Below, one piece after another: positions 10,560 to 20,076 of a stretch of 64,000 bases of DNA (the stretch's first letter is position 1; each line of letters begins with the position of its first letter). This DNA is from an uncultured Prevotellaceae bacterium (lineage in GTDB: Bacteria; Bacteroidota; Bacteroidia; Bacteroidales; Bacteroidaceae): contig ONRS01000027.1 of assembly GCA_900320255.1 (NCBI GenBank), positions 922-64,921 of the forward strand. The letters are read 5' to 3'. Made by a program: the position numbers and the translations under genes. The notes under the pieces are model-generated. The model was not told where the DNA came from and made no database searches. It saw only the letters and a program-made list of their open reading frames with translations.

Positions 10560-11087
10560 GTGCGTAGAATTATTTTAATCGGCTATATGGGCTCCGGCAA
10601 GACCACTGTGGGCAAGGCACTTGCCAAAGAGCTGGGTCTGCAGTTCTATGACCTTGACTGGTATATAGAAAGTCGGCGGCGCAAGACGGTGCCACAGCTC
10701 TTTGCAGAACGGGGCGAGGACGGATTCCGTGAAATAGAGTGCAATATGCTGCACGAAGTGGCAGAGTTTGAGGACATTGTCCTGAGTTGCGGTGGCGGCA
10801 CACCCTGCTTCTTTGACAACATGGACTACATGAACCGGCAGGGCGAAGTCATCTGGCTGAAGGCCGATGCCGAAGTCTTATATAAGCACCTGTTGATGGG
10901 CAAGACCGAGCGCCCGCTGCTGAAGGGCAAGTCACCCGACGAGCTCATTGCTTTTATCCGTGAGCAGTTGGAGAAGCGCGAACCTTTCTATGCCAAGGCA
11001 CATCACGTGCTGGACGTCAGTCTGATGGATACCTATGAGAAGATAAAAATTTCAGTAACCAAAGCAAAAGAACTGTTGCAGCTATGA
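10560..11087 (+). CDS. aroK: Shikimate kinase
   Basis: IGYMGSGKTTVG, DLDWYIE, GEDGFREIE, CGGG, RPLL; GTG start. Confidence 0.95.
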   Translation: MRRIILIGYMGSGKTTVGKALAKELGLQFYDLDWYIESRRRKTVPQLFAERGEDGFREIECNMLHEVAEFEDIVLSCGGGTPCFFDNMDYMNRQGEVIWLKADAEVLYKHLLMGKTERPLLKGKSPDELIAFIREQLEKREPFYAKAHHVLDVSLMDTYEKIKISVTKAKELLQL

Positions 11088-12976
11088 AGAAATGGACGAT
11101 TGAGGACTCTAAGGAGCTCTACAACATCAATGGCTGGGGAACCAGCTATTTCGGCATCAATGAACAAGGCAATGTCTATGTGACACCGTGTAAGGACGGC
11201 ACGCAAATAGACATCCGTGAAGTGATGGACGACTTGTCACTGCGCGACGTGCAGTCGCCGGTGCTGCTTCGTTTTCCCGACATTCTCGATAACCGCATTG
11301 AGAAGACTTGGAGTTGTTTTAAGAAAGCCAGCAAGGAGTATGACTACAAAGGTGACAACTATGTGGTCTATCCCATCAAGGTGAACCAGATGCAGCCAGT
11401 GGTTGAGGAGATTATTTCCCATGGTCGTAAATTCAACCTCGGACTCGAAGCCGGTTCCAAGCCGGAGTTGCATGCTGTCATAGCGATGCAATGCCAGAGC
11501 GACTCCATCATTATTTGTAATGGTTATAAGGATCAGAGCTACATTGAGCTGGCTTTGCTGGCACAGAAGATGGGCAAGCAGATCTTCATCGTTGTAGAGA
11601 AGATGAACGAACTGGAAATTATTGCCCGCGAAGCCAAGAAACTTGATGTCCGTCCCAACATTGGTATCCGCATCAAACTGGCCAGCAGCGGTAGTGGTAA
11701 GTGGGAAGAGAGTGGCGGCGATGCCTCAAAATTTGGACTTACGAGTGCTGAACTCCTCGAAGCTTTGGAACTGCTTAGCAAAAAGGACATGCGCGACTGC
11801 CTCCGGCTCATTCATTTCCACATTGGAAGCCAGATTACCAAGATACGACGCATTCAGACAGCCCTGCGCGAAGCCTCACAGTTCTATATCCAGCTGCACA
11901 AAATGGGCTATAATGTAGATTTCGTTGACTGCGGAGGAGGATTAGGTGTTGACTACGACGGAACCCGCTCACCGTCGAGCGAGAGTTCTGTTAACTACTC
12001 TATTCAGGAGTATGTCAATGACTGTATCTACACCTTTGTAGAAGCAGCCAACAGGAATGACCTGCCTCACCCCAATATCATTACCGAAAGCGGACGTTCG
12101 CTGGCAGCCCACCACTCTGTGCTTGTCATTGATGTGCTGGAAACGGCTTCACTGCCCGAAATGCCCGAGGAGTTTGAGCCGGACGAGAATTCACACCAGC
12201 TTGTGAAGGATCTCTATGAGATATGGGACAACCTCTCGCCACGTAACATTCTTGAGGACTGGCACGATGCAGAACAGATACGTGAGGAAGTGCTGAACCT
12301 CTTTGCCCATGGCATTGTTGACTTGAAGACGCGTGCAGAAATAGAGGCCATGTACTGGAGTGTCTGCCACGAAATTAATGCTTTGGCAAAAAACCTCAAG
12401 CATGTGCCAGAGGAACTGATGAACATTGACAAGCTACTTGCTGACAAGTACTTCTGCAACTTCTCCTTATTCCAGAGCCTGAGTGACTCGTGGGCCATCG
12501 ACCAGTTGTTCCCCATTATGCCTATACAGCGGCTTACCGAGCGTCCCACCCGTAATGCCACGCTGCAGGACATCACCTGCGATAGTGACGGTAAGATTGC
12601 TAATTTCGTTACCAATCGGCATAACTCTCACTCACTGCCTGTGCACCCCCTGCGAAAGAACGAGCCCTACTATCTGGGTGTATTCTTGGTGGGAGCCTAT
12701 CAGGAGATTCTTGGTGACATGCACAACCTCTTTGGTGACACTACAGCTGTTCACATTTCCGTTAAGGACGGTGGTTACCACATCGACCAGATTATTGACG
12801 GTGAGACAGTTGCTGAAGTGCTTGAATACGTGCAGTATGAACCAAAGAAACTGGTGCGTCAGCTGGAAATATGGGTAGCCAAGAGCGTTAAGCAAGGCAA
12901 GATAACGCTCGAAGAGGGCAAAGAGTTCCTCAGTAATTACCGTAGCGGACTCTACGGCTATACTTATTTGGAGTAA
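11084..12976 (+). CDS. speA: Biosynthetic arginine decarboxylase
   Basis: VYPIKVNQ (PLP Lys), LEAGSKPEL, HFHIGSQI, DITCDSDG, GAYQEILG. Confidence 0.96.
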   Translation: MKKWTIEDSKELYNINGWGTSYFGINEQGNVYVTPCKDGTQIDIREVMDDLSLRDVQSPVLLRFPDILDNRIEKTWSCFKKASKEYDYKGDNYVVYPIKVNQMQPVVEEIISHGRKFNLGLEAGSKPELHAVIAMQCQSDSIIICNGYKDQSYIELALLAQKMGKQIFIVVEKMNELEIIAREAKKLDVRPNIGIRIKLASSGSGKWEESGGDASKFGLTSAELLEALELLSKKDMRDCLRLIHFHIGSQITKIRRIQTALREASQFYIQLHKMGYNVDFVDCGGGLGVDYDGTRSPSSESSVNYSIQEYVNDCIYTFVEAANRNDLPHPNIITESGRSLAAHHSVLVIDVLETASLPEMPEEFEPDENSHQLVKDLYEIWDNLSPRNILEDWHDAEQIREEVLNLFAHGIVDLKTRAEIEAMYWSVCHEINALAKNLKHVPEELMNIDKLLADKYFCNFSLFQSLSDSWAIDQLFPIMPIQRLTERPTRNATLQDITCDSDGKIANFVTNRHNSHSLPVHPLRKNEPYYLGVFLVGAYQEILGDMHNLFGDTTAVHISVKDGGYHIDQIIDGETVAEVLEYVQYEPKKLVRQLEIWVAKSVKQGKITLEEGKEFLSNYRSGLYGYTYLE

Positions 12977-12996
12977 TTCGAAAAGGAATCTTTTTA

Positions 12997-14781
12997 TTAA
13001 GCTTTTTGGCTTGCGGCCTGTACCTGGGCCATGACGCGCAGAAAGTTACCGCCCCAGAGTTTCTGAATGTCAGACTCGCTGTAGCGACAAAGCAATAGCG
13101 TACGTGTGAAGTTCAGCAGTTCTGAGGCATTAGCCAGTCCGCGTACTCCTCCGTCACCGTCGAAGTCGGTGCCCAGTCCAACATGGTCAATGCCCATCAC
13201 CTGTACGGCATGTTCCACATGCTTCATGACGTCATGGAGCGTGGCTTCGCCGTCACTACGCAGGAAGCCAGGGTAGAGTGTGATTTGCATGACACCGCCG
13301 GCAGCGGCCAGGGCACGCATTTGCTCGTCGGTAAGGTTACGCGGATGGTTGCAGAGGGCACGGCAACTGCTGTGTGAGCAGACAATAGGCTGGTTGCTGA
13401 TGAGCAATGCGTCGAAGAAACTCTTCTCATTGGCATGGCTCAAATCGACCATAATGCCCAGACGGTTCATCTCGCGGATAACCTGTTCGCCGAAGAGTGA
13501 CACGCCGTTGTGGGTGTTGCAGCCCTTGGCAGAGTCGCAGATGTCGTTGTCACCATTGTGACAGAGCGTCATGTAAGTGATGCCGCGCTGGGCGAAGTGG
13601 CGCAGGGTCTGCAGGTTGCCGTTGAGGGCCAGTCCGTTCTCGATGGCGAGCATGATAGACTTTCGCCCCTTGCGCTTGTCTTTATAAAGGTCGCCAGGTG
13701 TGCGCGCTATGCTAAGATAGTCTTTATGCTTGTCAACAATTTCCTCTATCTTGTCGAAGATAAGGTCGGCATATTCTGTAGGGCCATTGACGGGGAATGC
13801 CACTTGCGACGAGAAAGTCTCACCTATTTTTGGTTGCGGCAAGTAGGCTGCCATAATCACGGCATCCTGATGGCCTTCGGTCATCTTGTGCAAGTCAACG
13901 AGTATCTTGGGGTCACGACTTCCGAAGTTGATTCCCTGTGGGAAGAACATGGGGGTATCGCAGTGGGTGTCAAGTGTGAGTATGCGCTGATGCAAATTGC
14001 ATGTTTCGCGGTAGTGAGCAGCCTGTTTGACGAGCCACTGGAAGAGCTGCAGGCCGTCAGCGAGGCACTCGGGGTGCCATTGTACGCCAATAATGCTCTT
14101 GAACTCCAGGCTCTCTATGGCTTCAACGACACCGTCGGCAGCACGGGCCGTGACGCGGAAACGTTCACCGGGGTTGTCAACCGCCTGGTGGTGGAAAGAA
14201 TTGACGAAAATCGTTCTTCCTTCAGTTCCCGAAAGTAGCTCCTTATATAAATCATATAAGGTGGAGTCTTCTTCTATGATGACACTATGGGTTGGCTCAG
14301 AGCGGCGGGCATTTTGTGAGTGCTTAATGCGTAATCCTGACTCCTCGGCAATATCCTGTGCTACATGTCCGCCGAGGGCCATGGCCAATGTCTGTATGCC
14401 ACGGCAAATGCCAAGCATGGGAATCTGGCGGTTATATGCCAGCCGGGTGATAAGCAGCTCTGGTAAGTCGCGTTCGCTGTTGATGTTGCCTAAGCCCGTT
14501 GCGGGTTCCTCACCGCAGTAGAGCGGGTTATAGTCAGCCCCGCCGCTGAGCAGCAGACCGTCAAGATGTTCCAGTGTGTTGATAATGGCGTCAGTATCGC
14601 AAAGTGGTGGGATGATGACAGGTGTACCGCCGGCTTTCAGTACAGACTTATAGTAAGCTTCTCCGAGCTTACATTCTGGTTCGGTATAATTGCCCGTAAT
14701 ACCGATGACGGGCTTGCGCTGAGCTTCTGGAAATGTCGCATAGACCCTGTCCAGCTGCGACTGCCAATCAAAATAGTTCAT
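12997..14781 (-). CDS. Fusion of peptidase C26 (PuuD-like gamma-glutamyl hydrolase) and M19 membrane dipeptidase
   Basis: N-terminal LSGGAD, GICRGIQ, VNSFHHQ, GVQWHPE; C-terminal DTHCD, VDLSH, SHS..HPRNLTD, GTDFDG. Confidence 0.9.
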   Translation of the reverse strand: MNYFDWQSQLDRVYATFPEAQRKPVIGITGNYTEPECKLGEAYYKSVLKAGGTPVIIPPLCDTDAIINTLEHLDGLLLSGGADYNPLYCGEEPATGLGNINSERDLPELLITRLAYNRQIPMLGICRGIQTLAMALGGHVAQDIAEESGLRIKHSQNARRSEPTHSVIIEEDSTLYDLYKELLSGTEGRTIFVNSFHHQAVDNPGERFRVTARAADGVVEAIESLEFKSIIGVQWHPECLADGLQLFQWLVKQAAHYRETCNLHQRILTLDTHCDTPMFFPQGINFGSRDPKILVDLHKMTEGHQDAVIMAAYLPQPKIGETFSSQVAFPVNGPTEYADLIFDKIEEIVDKHKDYLSIARTPGDLYKDKRKGRKSIMLAIENGLALNGNLQTLRHFAQRGITYMTLCHNGDNDICDSAKGCNTHNGVSLFGEQVIREMNRLGIMVDLSHANEKSFFDALLISNQPIVCSHSSCRALCNHPRNLTDEQMRALAAAGGVMQITLYPGFLRSDGEATLHDVMKHVEHAVQVMGIDHVGLGTDFDGDGGVRGLANASELLNFTRTLLLCRYSESDIQKLWGGNFLRVMAQVQAASQKA

Positions 14782-14900
14782 AGTTCATCGTTCAAAGTTT
14801 GAAGGTCGAAGGTCGAAGGTCAAAGGTCAAAGGTCAACGCTCCACGCTCAACCCTCAACACTCCACGCTCAACCCTCAACACTCCACGCTCAACCCTCAA
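14775..14900 (+). repeat. 18 phased heptamers filling the asnC to peptidase spacer
   Basis: AGTTCAT x2, CGTTCAA, AGTTTGA, AGGTCGA x2, AGGTCAA x3, then nine CGCTCCA/CGCTCAA/CCCTCAA/CACTCCA units; 126 bp = 18 x 7. Confidence 0.95.
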
Positions 14901-15354
14901 CGTTGACTGGTATCTCTCGCCTGATGCTTTGTTCAAGTGAGATGAGGGTCTCTGTAGCCACCACGCCGGGAATGTCCTGCAGCTTCCCGTTGAGCAGTTC
15001 CATGAGCTGTTCGTTGTCACGGGCATAGAGCTTGACAAGCATGGTGTAGGGACCAGTGGTAAAGTGGCACTCCACCACTTCAGGAATGTGTTGAAGTCGC
15101 TCTACTACGTTTTTGTACATACTACCACGCTCGAGGGTGATGCCGACATAGGTGCAAGTGGAATACCCTAAGCTCTTCGGATTCACGTCGAATCCGCTAC
15201 CTATGATGACATCACCCTCAATGAGGTGTTGTACGCGTTGATGGACAGCTGCGCGCGAAACATTACACTCGGCAGCTACATCCTTAAAGGCAATACGCGC
15301 ATTCTTTGACAGGATGCTTAGTATCTTTTTGTCTAAGTTGTCAATCTTGTCCAT
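14890..15354 (-). CDS. asnC: Lrp/AsnC family transcriptional regulator
   Basis: IDNLDKKIL..NARIAF..VSRAAVHQRV HTH; PEVVECHFTTG ligand-binding domain. Confidence 0.9.
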   Translation of the reverse strand: MDKIDNLDKKILSILSKNARIAFKDVAAECNVSRAAVHQRVQHLIEGDVIIGSGFDVNPKSLGYSTCTYVGITLERGSMYKNVVERLQHIPEVVECHFTTGPYTMLVKLYARDNEQLMELLNGKLQDIPGVVATETLISLEQSIRREIPVNVEG

Positions 15355-15365
15355 TATAAGAGGGT

Positions 15366-16376
15366 TTATTTGCGCTTCTTTTTCTTTGCTGCAGCAGGTT
15401 TCTTCTTTGCTGCAGCAGGTGCGGCAGGCGTCGTAGTGGCCGGTGTCGTGGTATGACCATCGATTTCCACCAGTTCCACATCGAATATCAATGCCGAGAA
15501 GGGCTTAATCTGTCCCTGTTCCTTTTCGCCGTAGGCCAGTTCCTGTGGAATGTAAATGGTCCACTTACTGCCGACGGGCATCATGGTGAGGGCCTCAGTC
15601 CAACCCTTGATGACCTGATTGGCACGGAACGAAACGGGAGCGTCACCGTGGCGTGAGGAGCTGTCGAAGACGGTGCCGTCAATCAGTCGGCCTTCGTATC
15701 TCACCTTCACCGTCTCAGTGGCCTTTGGAATGTCACCCGTACCAGCCGTCAGCACCTTATACTGCAAACCGCTGGGCATCACCTTTACCGTAGTGTCCTT
15801 GGCATTCTCGGCGAGGAAGGCACGGCCAGCCTCGCGGTTCGGACCGTAGAGGCGCTCGTTCTTCAGTTCAATGTCCTCTGCCAATGTTGCCTGGAAGAAA
15901 GCTCCGGCTCCATCGATGGTCTTAAAGACGGTTGTGTCGTTATGGAGCGCATCAACGAAACCATGGTAGAACAGGTCCGTGTTAATGACGTCCTGCGTGT
16001 CCTTGAAACGGTTCTGTACGTCGGGCAGCATGCGGTTGCTAATCTGGGCTGCAATGTCGAAGCCTGCAGCGTATGCCTTGAAAGCAGGATCATCAGTACG
16101 CTTCAGATACTCTTGGAAGCCACGGATGAAGTCGTCCATCTTCGTGGTGTCAATACCGGCCTGACGAGTCAGGTAGGGAATGAGGCCGATGGTATAGTTC
16201 ATACCAGCAGCATAGCTTACAGAATCGCTTCGACTCAGCACAGAGGGCAGTGCCGGCATTTCGGCAGGTGTCTCTTCGACCACCTGCTTTTTCTTCTTTT
16301 TACTCTGCGCACTGGCGGAATTAAAAGTGGCACTCATCACGAGAATGAGTGCCAAAATATATAACGCGTGTTTCAT
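15366..16376 (-). CDS. FKBP-type peptidyl-prolyl isomerase (secreted, basic tail)
   Basis: DSVSYAAG, PSGLQYKV, YEGRLIDGTVFDSS, VIKGWTEAL, LIFDVELV; tail with PAAAKKK twice. Confidence 0.93.
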   Translation of the reverse strand: MKHALYILALILVMSATFNSASAQSKKKKKQVVEETPAEMPALPSVLSRSDSVSYAAGMNYTIGLIPYLTRQAGIDTTKMDDFIRGFQEYLKRTDDPAFKAYAAGFDIAAQISNRMLPDVQNRFKDTQDVINTDLFYHGFVDALHNDTTVFKTIDGAGAFFQATLAEDIELKNERLYGPNREAGRAFLAENAKDTTVKVMPSGLQYKVLTAGTGDIPKATETVKVRYEGRLIDGTVFDSSSRHGDAPVSFRANQVIKGWTEALTMMPVGSKWTIYIPQELAYGEKEQGQIKPFSALIFDVELVEIDGHTTTPATTTPAAPAAAKKKPAAAKKKKRK

Positions 16377-17248
16377 TACTTCTTAATTTCGAGCAATTGA
16401 ATCTTGAAAATCAGCGTAGAGAAAGGCTTGATCTGTCCTGCCTCACGCTCACCGTAAGCCAGTTCCTGCGGAATATAGACTTCCCACTCAGAACCAACAG
16501 GCATGCGGGTCAGTGCCTCTGTGAAGCCCTTGATGACGCGGTTAGCATACATCTCTGCAGGCTCACCACGCTGCAGAGAGCTGTCGAAGACAGTACCGTC
16601 AATGAGCTTACCCTCGTAGTGAATCTTAACCAGTGAAGAGTCGGTAGGAATAGCACCAGAACCTTCCTTAATGACCTTATACTGCAGACCGCTGGGCAGC
16701 ACCTTCACGCCGTCCTTCTTGGCGTTGGCAGCCAGGAAGTCCTCACCAGCCTTCTTGTTAGGACCGTATTCTTTCTCCATAGCCTTAGCCTTGATGGCCT
16801 GCATCTTGGTGTTAGCCGTTTCCTGTGCCTGTTCCATGGTCATCAGGCCAGTCTTGCCAGTAGTAGCAGTAACAAAACCTGCCATGAAGTTCTTCAGAGA
16901 AATGGTCTGCGTAGAGTCTTCGCCAAACAGCTGACGGTTGATGGCCTTCACCATCTGGTTGCTGATTTGCTGACCAATCTGGATACCAGCATAGTAAGCA
17001 ACCTTCTTCTTGTCCTCACCAGCGTTGGCACCTTCGTTCATACCCTTAATAAAATCGTCGATGTAGGCAGTGTCAACACCCAGTGAGCCAACGAGGTATT
17101 CCTTCAGACCCTGAGTCTGAGCCATACCCAGCGCGTAGCTGACGGTGTCAATGTCGTTCTGTAAATCTGCCTTTGGAGTTCCGTTGCCGCAAGAAGTAAA
17201 TGCTGCTGCGGCGATAGCCATTGTGGCTACAAAAGTTAACTTTTTCAT
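16376..17248 (-). CDS. FKBP-type PPIase lipoprotein
   Basis: Lipobox FTSC; DTVSYALG, HYEGKLIDGTVFDSS, LAYG. Confidence 0.93.
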   Translation of the reverse strand: MKKLTFVATMAIAAAAFTSCGNGTPKADLQNDIDTVSYALGMAQTQGLKEYLVGSLGVDTAYIDDFIKGMNEGANAGEDKKKVAYYAGIQIGQQISNQMVKAINRQLFGEDSTQTISLKNFMAGFVTATTGKTGLMTMEQAQETANTKMQAIKAKAMEKEYGPNKKAGEDFLAANAKKDGVKVLPSGLQYKVIKEGSGAIPTDSSLVKIHYEGKLIDGTVFDSSLQRGEPAEMYANRVIKGFTEALTRMPVGSEWEVYIPQELAYGEREAGQIKPFSTLIFKIQLLEIKK

Positions 17249-17286
17249 TTGCTTTGAATATAATGATTTAATTTTTCTGTTCTTCT

Positions 17287-17892
17287 TTATACCACCTCAA
17301 TGAGTTCTACGTCGAAGATGAGTGCAGCAAAGGGAGGAATCATGGAGCCGGCACCACCCTCGCCGTATGCCAGCCGATAGGGAATGAAGAAGCGGTACTT
17401 GGCACCCTCCTGCATGAGTTGCAGACCTTCTGTCCAACCGGCAATCACCTGCTGCAGGCCGAACACGGCGGGCTCACCGCGCTGAACGCTGCTGTCGAAG
17501 ACTGTACCGTCAATGAGGAAGCCCTCGTAATGACACTTCACGGAGTCGTGGGCACTGGGCTTCTTGCCGTTGCCCTCCTTCAGTACCTGATACTGCAGGC
17601 CGCTGGGCAACGTGATGACACCATCCTTCTTGGCATTCTCAGCCAGGTATTTCTCACCGGCCTCTTTGTGAAACTTGCCAGAAGCAGTGCGTTCAGCGTT
17701 CAACTTCTCTTCTTTCTTTGCAAAATAATCCTGTACAATCTGTTGGGCATCGCGGTTCGATACCTTCAACTCGTTACCAGCCAGCACATCCTTGATGGCG
17801 GTGGCAAAATCGTCAATGTTCAGGTCGTCGGCACCCATCTGCAACAACTGATGGCCGATGCCCAGACCAAGAGCATAGCTTACCTTATTCAT
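17287..17892 (-). CDS. FKBP-type PPIase (FklB-like, cytoplasmic)
   Basis: KVSYALG, HYEGFLIDGTVFDSS, VIAGWTEGL, LIFDVELI; no signal peptide. Confidence 0.93.
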   Translation of the reverse strand: MNKVSYALGLGIGHQLLQMGADDLNIDDFATAIKDVLAGNELKVSNRDAQQIVQDYFAKKEEKLNAERTASGKFHKEAGEKYLAENAKKDGVITLPSGLQYQVLKEGNGKKPSAHDSVKCHYEGFLIDGTVFDSSVQRGEPAVFGLQQVIAGWTEGLQLMQEGAKYRFFIPYRLAYGEGGAGSMIPPFAALIFDVELIEVV

Positions 17893-17952
17893 AATTTTCT
17901 CTATAATATGTTTTATAAAACGGCGGCAAAGGTAGTATAATTTAAAGAGACT

Positions 17953-18092
17953 GCAAAATAAATTAGCAATTATTTTGCTTTTTGCTCACTTATTCGTACC
18001 TTTAACTGGCGTTGAAAGTACTTCCGTTCGAAAGTAAAAAAGAAAAAAAACGCTTTTTCTTTTTGTACTTTGCTCACTTTTTCGTACCTTTG
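17953..18092 (+). promoter_or_regulatory. Tandemly duplicated hairpin-plus-promoter unit
   Basis: TTTGCTCACTT(A/T)TTCGTACCTTT at 17981-18003 and 18069-18091, each preceded by an AT-rich inverted repeat; the second copy ends in TACCTTTG. Confidence 0.7.
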
Positions 18093-18126
18093 AGGCCTCA
18101 AAATAATCAATAAACCTCATTCACTT

Positions 18127-20070
18127 ATGAAACAGAAAGCCACATTTAAATGCATGCTGACCGTTACATTCCTCGTTGTAACAGCCATGCTTACAGGGTG
18201 TAAGACAACGCAAAATGCTCAACCCTCAACCCTCAACGCTCAACGCTCAACCCCCATCGGCATGATTCTCGATGCAGACTTCGGCAGTTCTACCGACGAC
18301 CTCTTTGCCCTCATGATGCTGAACCATTACATTGATGAAGGAAAAGTCGATTTGAAGGGTATCATTGTTGACCGTGAAGGTGAGGACAATGCCGGCGTCG
18401 TAGATATTTTCAATACCTACTACGGTCACCCCGAGATACCCGTCGGACTGGAGCGTAACGGTGTGAAGAACCCCCGTTGTTTTATTCCCTATAACGGCAT
18501 CTGCAAACTGAAGAACGAGCAGGGACAGCCACTTTTCAAGCGCAGCTTCGATGCCAGCCAGTGTCCTGACGGCTATAAGCTCTACAGGCAGTTGCTCAGC
18601 AAGGCAGACGACAAGTCGCTTGTTGTGGTGGCCATTGGCTTTGCCACCACGCTGTCACAGCTCTTTGAGTCTGGTGCCGACGAATTCTCGCCCCTTAGTG
18701 GCGTGGAGCTCTTTGGCCAGAAAGTAAAGGCTGTTTATATACAGTCGGGTCGTTTTGAGGCCGGCGACAGTCTTTGTGGCTATAACATGCGTGCTGCCGC
18801 CCGGCAGTCAGCAGTGTTCTACGAAAAGCTGCCTCACTCAGTCGAGCTGATTATGTCGCCCAGTAATATTGGTGACCAGATGAACTACCTGCCAAAAGAT
18901 GTCATGGCCGACCTTTCTTACTCCGACCTGAATCCTATCAAGGCCGTCTATTCTAACTATCACTGCGACACAGGCCAGCGCATGTGGGATACTAACTGTC
19001 TGGTCAATGCCGTAGAGGGTGACGGAGCCTACCATCTTTCGCCCCGTGGATGGGTGACCTTTGTGGAGCGCGGTCAACAGTCGCTCATGCTTTTCAAGCC
19101 TGACCCTGCAGGCAACGCCCGCTATCAGATTCCCGGCGACTCTTATTACAACGAGGTGAAGCTGATGGACATTCGTCGTTATAACCGCATGAACAGCCAC
19201 CCTGCCGCCTTCACCATAGAGGCTCCGCAGCCCCAGCTCACCGGTACGTCAGCCCTGTCATGGGCCAAGCCGCGCATCAGCCTGCTCATGGATAAGTTCT
19301 TCGGGACGGCGGGCAATCATCTTGACCCCGACGACGTGCGCATGCTCTTCCGCCCCATTGGCTATAACGGCACCAACCCGGCAGACTATGCTCAGGCAGA
19401 GCAGCTGCTGGAGGACACACTCTATAGCGTCATGCTCAGCCGTGCCGTAAACTCTGGTAATAAAGACCTTGTCATCGTTACAGGAGCACCGGCATGTGGT
19501 AAGACCACGGCTCTCCGCCAGCTTAAGCTGAAGAATGCGGGCGTCATTTACGATGCTGCACTTACTGGTCCGGGGCGTCTGGAACAGGTTGTAGGTAAAG
19601 CCTACAAGGCAGGCATCGAGAAGGTGACGGTCGTCATGGTCTATAATGATGTGCTGACCTGCTACAAGAATGCCGTCAACCGTGGTGCGAACACTTGGAA
19701 CTACGTGCCTTTAGACTACATGGTCAGCGCCTACCGTGACAATGTAGGGAAGCTGGCTGCCATTGGCAGTGCATACCCCAACATAGAAATTGTTCCCATT
19801 GACATGACTGGCAATAAACCCATGGAGCGTGTCAGCATTGACGAGGCTCTGGCGTGGAGTCATGACGTGACAGACGAGGAACTGAACGCCCTGTTCACCT
19901 ATCTGCTTACTGAGATAGAATCAGGCGAAATCAGTTCTGCCTACGTTCCGGCTGCAGCAGGTAACGTGCTCGCTATTCCCCGTCTGGATGGAGCAAACCT
20001 CTCACTGGCTCGTGAGATTAACCAAAAGGTAGAGGCTATTCGCGAAGCTAACCGCATGAACAGACAGTAA
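18127..20070 (+). CDS. Lipoprotein: nucleoside-hydrolase-like domain fused to a zeta-toxin/kinase-like P-loop domain
   Basis: Lipobox LTGC; ILDADFGSSTDDLFAL (DxDxxxxxDD), AIGFAT, MWD; C-terminal VIVTGAPACGKTT and IYDA. Confidence 0.72.
   Translation: MKQKATFKCMLTVTFLVVTAMLTGCKTTQNAQPSTLNAQRSTPIGMILDADFGSSTDDLFALMMLNHYIDEGKVDLKGIIVDREGEDNAGVVDIFNTYYGHPEIPVGLERNGVKNPRCFIPYNGICKLKNEQGQPLFKRSFDASQCPDGYKLYRQLLSKADDKSLVVVAIGFATTLSQLFESGADEFSPLSGVELFGQKVKAVYIQSGRFEAGDSLCGYNMRAAARQSAVFYEKLPHSVELIMSPSNIGDQMNYLPKDVMADLSYSDLNPIKAVYSNYHCDTGQRMWDTNCLVNAVEGDGAYHLSPRGWVTFVERGQQSLMLFKPDPAGNARYQIPGDSYYNEVKLMDIRRYNRMNSHPAAFTIEAPQPQLTGTSALSWAKPRISLLMDKFFGTAGNHLDPDDVRMLFRPIGYNGTNPADYAQAEQLLEDTLYSVMLSRAVNSGNKDLVIVTGAPACGKTTALRQLKLKNAGVIYDAALTGPGRLEQVVGKAYKAGIEKVTVVMVYNDVLTCYKNAVNRGANTWNYVPLDYMVSAYRDNVGKLAAIGSAYPNIEIVPIDMTGNKPMERVSIDEALAWSHDVTDEELNALFTYLLTEIESGEISSAYVPAAAGNVLAIPRLDGANLSLAREINQKVEAIREANRMNRQ
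18216..18257 (+). repeat. In-frame heptamer repeat after the lipobox (NAQPSTLNAQRSTP)
   Basis: TGCTCAA CCCTCAA CCCTCAA CGCTCAA CGCTCAA CCCCCAT. Confidence 0.9.
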
Positions 20071-20076
20071 CTAACT

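Noticed and set aside
14820-15038. 72-aa ORF with LRVERGV repeats (likewise 20582..20809, 21151..21351, 48493..48750, 49892..50113)
   Set aside because: Alternative-frame translations of heptamer or hexamer arrays overlapping real genes.
15366-17892. Triple FKBP cluster as unusual
   Set aside because: Tandem FKBP PPIases next to asnC are a common Bacteroidales arrangement.
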